Origin: Nemertoderma westbladi
Lineage: Eukaryota > Animalia > Xenacoelomorpha
Reading direction: 5' to 3'
Assembly: GCA_032718475.1 (NCBI GenBank)
Contig: JAUCBJ010009037.1
Location: 15,644-79,643, forward strand
Length of the DNA: 64,000 nucleotides
The position numbers and the translations under genes are program-made. The stretch's first letter is position 1. Each line of letters opens with the position of its first letter. Under the pieces are notes generated by a model that saw nothing but the letters and a program-made list of their open reading frames with translations, was not told the origin of the DNA and ran no database searches. Below, piece by piece: positions 60,313 to 64,000 of the stretch.

Positions 60313-62258
60313 ATGTGCATAAAGTGTAATGGTAAATGTCCCAATTACCTAAAACAAAAATTCAACAGAGTACGCGATACACACTCTTACAGTACCAGAG
60401 CTAGTGCTTCAAACTTCTACCTCCCGAATTGTAAATCCTTTGAATCTGATACTTTCTTTTTTAACGGCATTAAAAATTGGAACGCTCTGCCTAATGAAAT
60501 TAAAAACCTAGATAATCAACATTCTTTTAAATCTGCAGTTAAATCTCACCTCCGTGTGCAATGTAAAAATAGGTACAATAGTCCTACAGTAAGTTATTAG
60601 TTTATTAATTATTTACTATTTATACTGTAATTACGTTTTATAATAAATTGTTCCTTACATTACATCTTTATCGTTGAGTCGGGCATTGTCACGCTCTCGG
60701 TAAAGTTGTACATGTACATAGTGCAATTACGTTTTATATTGGTTTTAGGTTAGCGTAGTGTAATATTGTATTTGTAACCAAGTAACATAAAGGACCCCCT
60801 TGGAAATAAGCTGCAAAGCTTTAGGGGTAATCCTATATGTTATGTTGGACAATACCTTTATACCGGTACATTGTTTGGTGTATTTGTTATTGTTTTTACA
60901 TAATGTATAAATAAATCTATCTATCTATCTAAAGTGAAACATATATTTAGGCCTAACAGTATGTACTTAAAAATCCATCAAAATGGTTAATCGTGTTTTC
61001 CGAATGTGTATAAAATGGCAAAACAGCAGGAAGTATCAAATAGTGAGAGTTAAAACTGATAATGTATTAGTTTCCTAAATAAATGAAATTTACAAAACAC
61101 AAAGTCACAATCACTATTTTAGATCTAATCTTATTATAACTATTTTATACTATTAATAAGAGGATATTTCTGTAAATATTTACTATAAAAGGAAACATAA
61201 AATAAATAAAAATAGTAAATTTCCGGAATAATGTCTAGGGAATTTCCTAACATTTCCCGACTCACACCCCTACACTTGACTTTATCCAATTATTTGCAAT
61301 TATTATTATTTTCAGAATTGCTTACATTGATTCCCCGAAATGGGCGTTCAAAATAAAATACAAATTATTTGCTACCTTTCCAAATCCATATGATTAGCGG
61401 CTGTATGGGTTGGGGATGGATCAATAAATCCATAATTTGAGAGAAACAAAGGAGGCAGATAATTCGCTGATGTTCGAAAACAATCAGATTATTTCGTTTA
61501 AGTTTTTAATAAATTTTAGTTTTATGCCACATGTGTTGGTTGTTGTCGTGTCCTCTGTATAATTGGATTTTATTGATTTATTCGGGACTGACTACGTTTG
61601 TGTGTGTCCGGTATATTGTTTGAGATTGCATCTAGTATACTATTCAATTTTTAATGTTTAAAACCGTATTTAATATTTAAAAAATGGACAGTTAGTAGTT
61701 TATTATGACTCCTCTGTCAATAACAACTAATGTTCATGATGGGTGAAGTTGTTTTATTGCCCGACACAAAATAATGAAATATCCGAGTTTATATATTTTG
61801 CGATCTATAGGACAATATAAAATGACCAAACATATTGCACACAGATACGGTTAATGTATTGATTGACACGCACATTGGGGCTAAAATAAATATACTGCCG
61901 TAACAAAATACAACTGCAATAAAGTTATAATAAAATAAGTAGATATTATAAGGGTTCACATACGTTTTATACATTTAAGTATTTTTTGTAGATATAAATA
62001 ATATAGATAATTAATATAGTTATAAAAAGTTTAAAGTTAATTACAAATTATGAGACACGGAGTGCGGGGGGGAGTGTGTACAGTGTATATGGTTGGTTAT
62101 TATATGCATTACTAACACACATTAAATGTATTAGTAGGATGGGATACTAAAAAAATTACAGGACTGCAAATACAAAATTTCAGAATATTAGATTGTTATA
62201 GGTCTGGGGCTCGCTGGCTACGGGCTAGTACCATTATATACAAGTACCAATTAGACTC

Positions 62259-63971
62259 CTAGTACCTATCCAAGTACCAATCTCGCCGCGGCGCATAACT
62301 CTCTGGCATTGGTGGATGACCTTTAAGTTTCAAACCAATGGCGACAATCTTTATATAAATGTCGATATAGGCCTTCATATCGTCTGTGAATGGATCAAAC
62401 TTATCCGCGGAGGTTGGCCGTTTAAATTGCCCTTCACCGTCTAACAGAGCGCATATGAAGCGATCTAAGTCGATCTCGCGACCCAAGAAGCCCAAAATCC
62501 GTCGCAATTGACCAGAAAGATCCGCCTTCAAGTCCTCGAAATAAACCACTAAAACCCGCGGACAGAATTCCAGCCACATCATGGCGGTGTTTGTCCAGGA
62601 GCGACTCTTACCGAGTACGAAGTCGGCCCATTCCGAGCCGACCGAGTAGCTGCGTTCCCGGACGCTTCCGGTGTGACCTGCGAACTTGCGATTGTGTTCG
62701 GAGACGATGGCCTCGTACGGGTTCCGTATTATGAGGACGGCGGCTCGGAACTTTGCGATGTGATCCGCCTCGAAGGCGTGCGACTTCACGGCGATCGTGG
62801 TCCCGCCCAACCAGGGCTCGGTCTCCCCGCGGAAGCCGCGGCCGAACAGCGTCCCGTCCGAGTAGAAGCTCCCGGTGTAGACTCCGGTGGCGATCTCCAC
62901 CAGGTTCCGGACCCACGTGTTGCCGCTCCCCGGGAAGCTGATGAGTCCGACGGGGGGCTGCGAGTTTCTCGGGACCAACTGTTTACCGCGGCATTTATTG
63001 GTCGCGATATCTGTCTTATAAACGCCGAGGGTAGAATCACTTCCGCAGCGCGAGTTGGGGATTCCCGAGCATGGATAATCGCATAAACTATCGGACAAAC
63101 GACGGAATAAATCGATGTCTATAAACGGTAAAGTCCGACAGAAACAATTCGTAGAGTTTATTAATAAATGTGTAGAATGTTTTTCTTTACAGAGTGATAA
63201 ACATGTATTAGGAGTTAATATTGTTCCTGTTGGAACTGTAACGGGATTCGTAAGAGATTCTGGGTTTGAATAACAACCGATGTATTTTGGTTCTTGTCGG
63301 GAATCGGTTTCTATAAGTTCGCGTTCGGGTAGACGGACTAAGCGATGTACGTGGAAGTAGTCAGAGTTTAATCCGGAGCAGCCCGGAGACTCAACAATGC
63401 GTGTGTCTTCCGACTCACACAAACAGACAGTACGGTTAACCGACAGCAGACAGAATTCGAAGCGTCGGGTGCTGCAGAGTGAAAGACATCCAGCGACGGA
63501 CACACCGCCAGAATTTGCCCATGTTACTCGAGGAAGACTCTGATTAGAGGGCTGTTTACAACACCCTTGGTATTTAAATTGTATTTCGTAAAATATGTGA
63601 TCAGCATTTCGTCTTCCAAATATTTCGTATTGTTCGAGTTTCATTTCGTCAGTAATTACGTTGTATTCTAAATTACCCGGGACAGCAAGGCGATGGGATC
63701 GTTCTTTCTGAATTATTATTGGAGTTCGAGTAATAAGTTTATCTTCCGCATTCGTGTTAAGGGATTTTTGCGACTTATAAATTTCGGATAATTTATTGGA
63801 TTCATGTTTCTTCCGTAATACTCGATCTATTTCTCTCTCCGTTCGAATTTGTAGGTAAATTAAAACTATGACAACCAAGGTAACCATTAGCAACGAAAGG
63901 AAAATTCGCTTCAAGACTATTGTCAAATAGTATTTGTTACAGAAACGACGATTTTCTCCAGTAACCGCCAT
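62259..63971 (-). CDS. WSC-domain-containing type II membrane sulfotransferase (WSCD1/2-like)
   Basis: N-terminal TM segment, two WSC domains (YQGCC.., YIGCY..CLSLC..C.C..CGS), PAPS motifs SFPGSGNTWVR and IRNPYEAIVSE. Confidence 0.92.
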   Translation of the reverse strand: MAVTGENRRFCNKYYLTIVLKRIFLSLLMVTLVVIVLIYLQIRTEREIDRVLRKKHESNKLSEIYKSQKSLNTNAEDKLITRTPIIIQKERSHRLAVPGNLEYNVITDEMKLEQYEIFGRRNADHIFYEIQFKYQGCCKQPSNQSLPRVTWANSGGVSVAGCLSLCSTRRFEFCLLSVNRTVCLCESEDTRIVESPGCSGLNSDYFHVHRLVRLPERELIETDSRQEPKYIGCYSNPESLTNPVTVPTGTILTPNTCLSLCKEKHSTHLLINSTNCFCRTLPFIDIDLFRRLSDSLCDYPCSGIPNSRCGSDSTLGVYKTDIATNKCRGKQLVPRNSQPPVGLISFPGSGNTWVRNLVEIATGVYTGSFYSDGTLFGRGFRGETEPWLGGTTIAVKSHAFEADHIAKFRAAVLIIRNPYEAIVSEHNRKFAGHTGSVRERSYSVGSEWADFVLGKSRSWTNTAMMWLEFCPRVLVVYFEDLKADLSGQLRRILGFLGREIDLDRFICALLDGEGQFKRPTSADKFDPFTDDMKAYIDIYIKIVAIGLKLKGHPPMPESYAPRRDWYLDRY

Positions 63972-64000
63972 TCGAGAAAGAGTTATCAGCTACTCGAAAT

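Larger units (their letters stand above)
57890..60930 (+). mobile_element. 5'-truncated CR1/L2-group LINE remnant with two nested insertions
   Basis: [38 protein letters not shown]; AATAAA followed by an (ATCT)n tail. Confidence 0.88.

Overview
AT-rich, repeat-dense animal (invertebrate-like) genomic DNA. Three apparently intronless host genes are present: an SH3-PX-BAR sorting nexin (SNX9/18/33 family), a clan-2 cytochrome P450, and a WSC-domain sulfotransferase (WSCD1/2-like). They sit among LINE remnants, a 13-kb nest of TIR DNA elements and a 4-kb 33-bp minisatellite. The main object is a young 18.7-kb BEL/Pao LTR retrotransposon (37531-56272, minus strand, ACCTG TSD, ~1.27-kb near-identical LTRs) with two unusual properties. 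First, it has no tRNA primer-binding site; the 11 nt next to the 5' LTR are exactly complementary to an 11-mer inside the LTR, the signature of Tf1-type self-priming. Second, in the env position it carries a 1401-aa ORF3 with a DEDDy-like 3'-5' exonuclease domain and CCHC zinc knuckles. Two related solo LTRs lie at 4458-5701 and 6184-7366. A second candidate novelty is a set of CAGT-ended elements with 5-bp TSDs, one carrying a decayed MADS-box-like gene convergent with a Cys-rich transposase-like fragment. All family assignments come from motif recognition by eye; no database searches were run.
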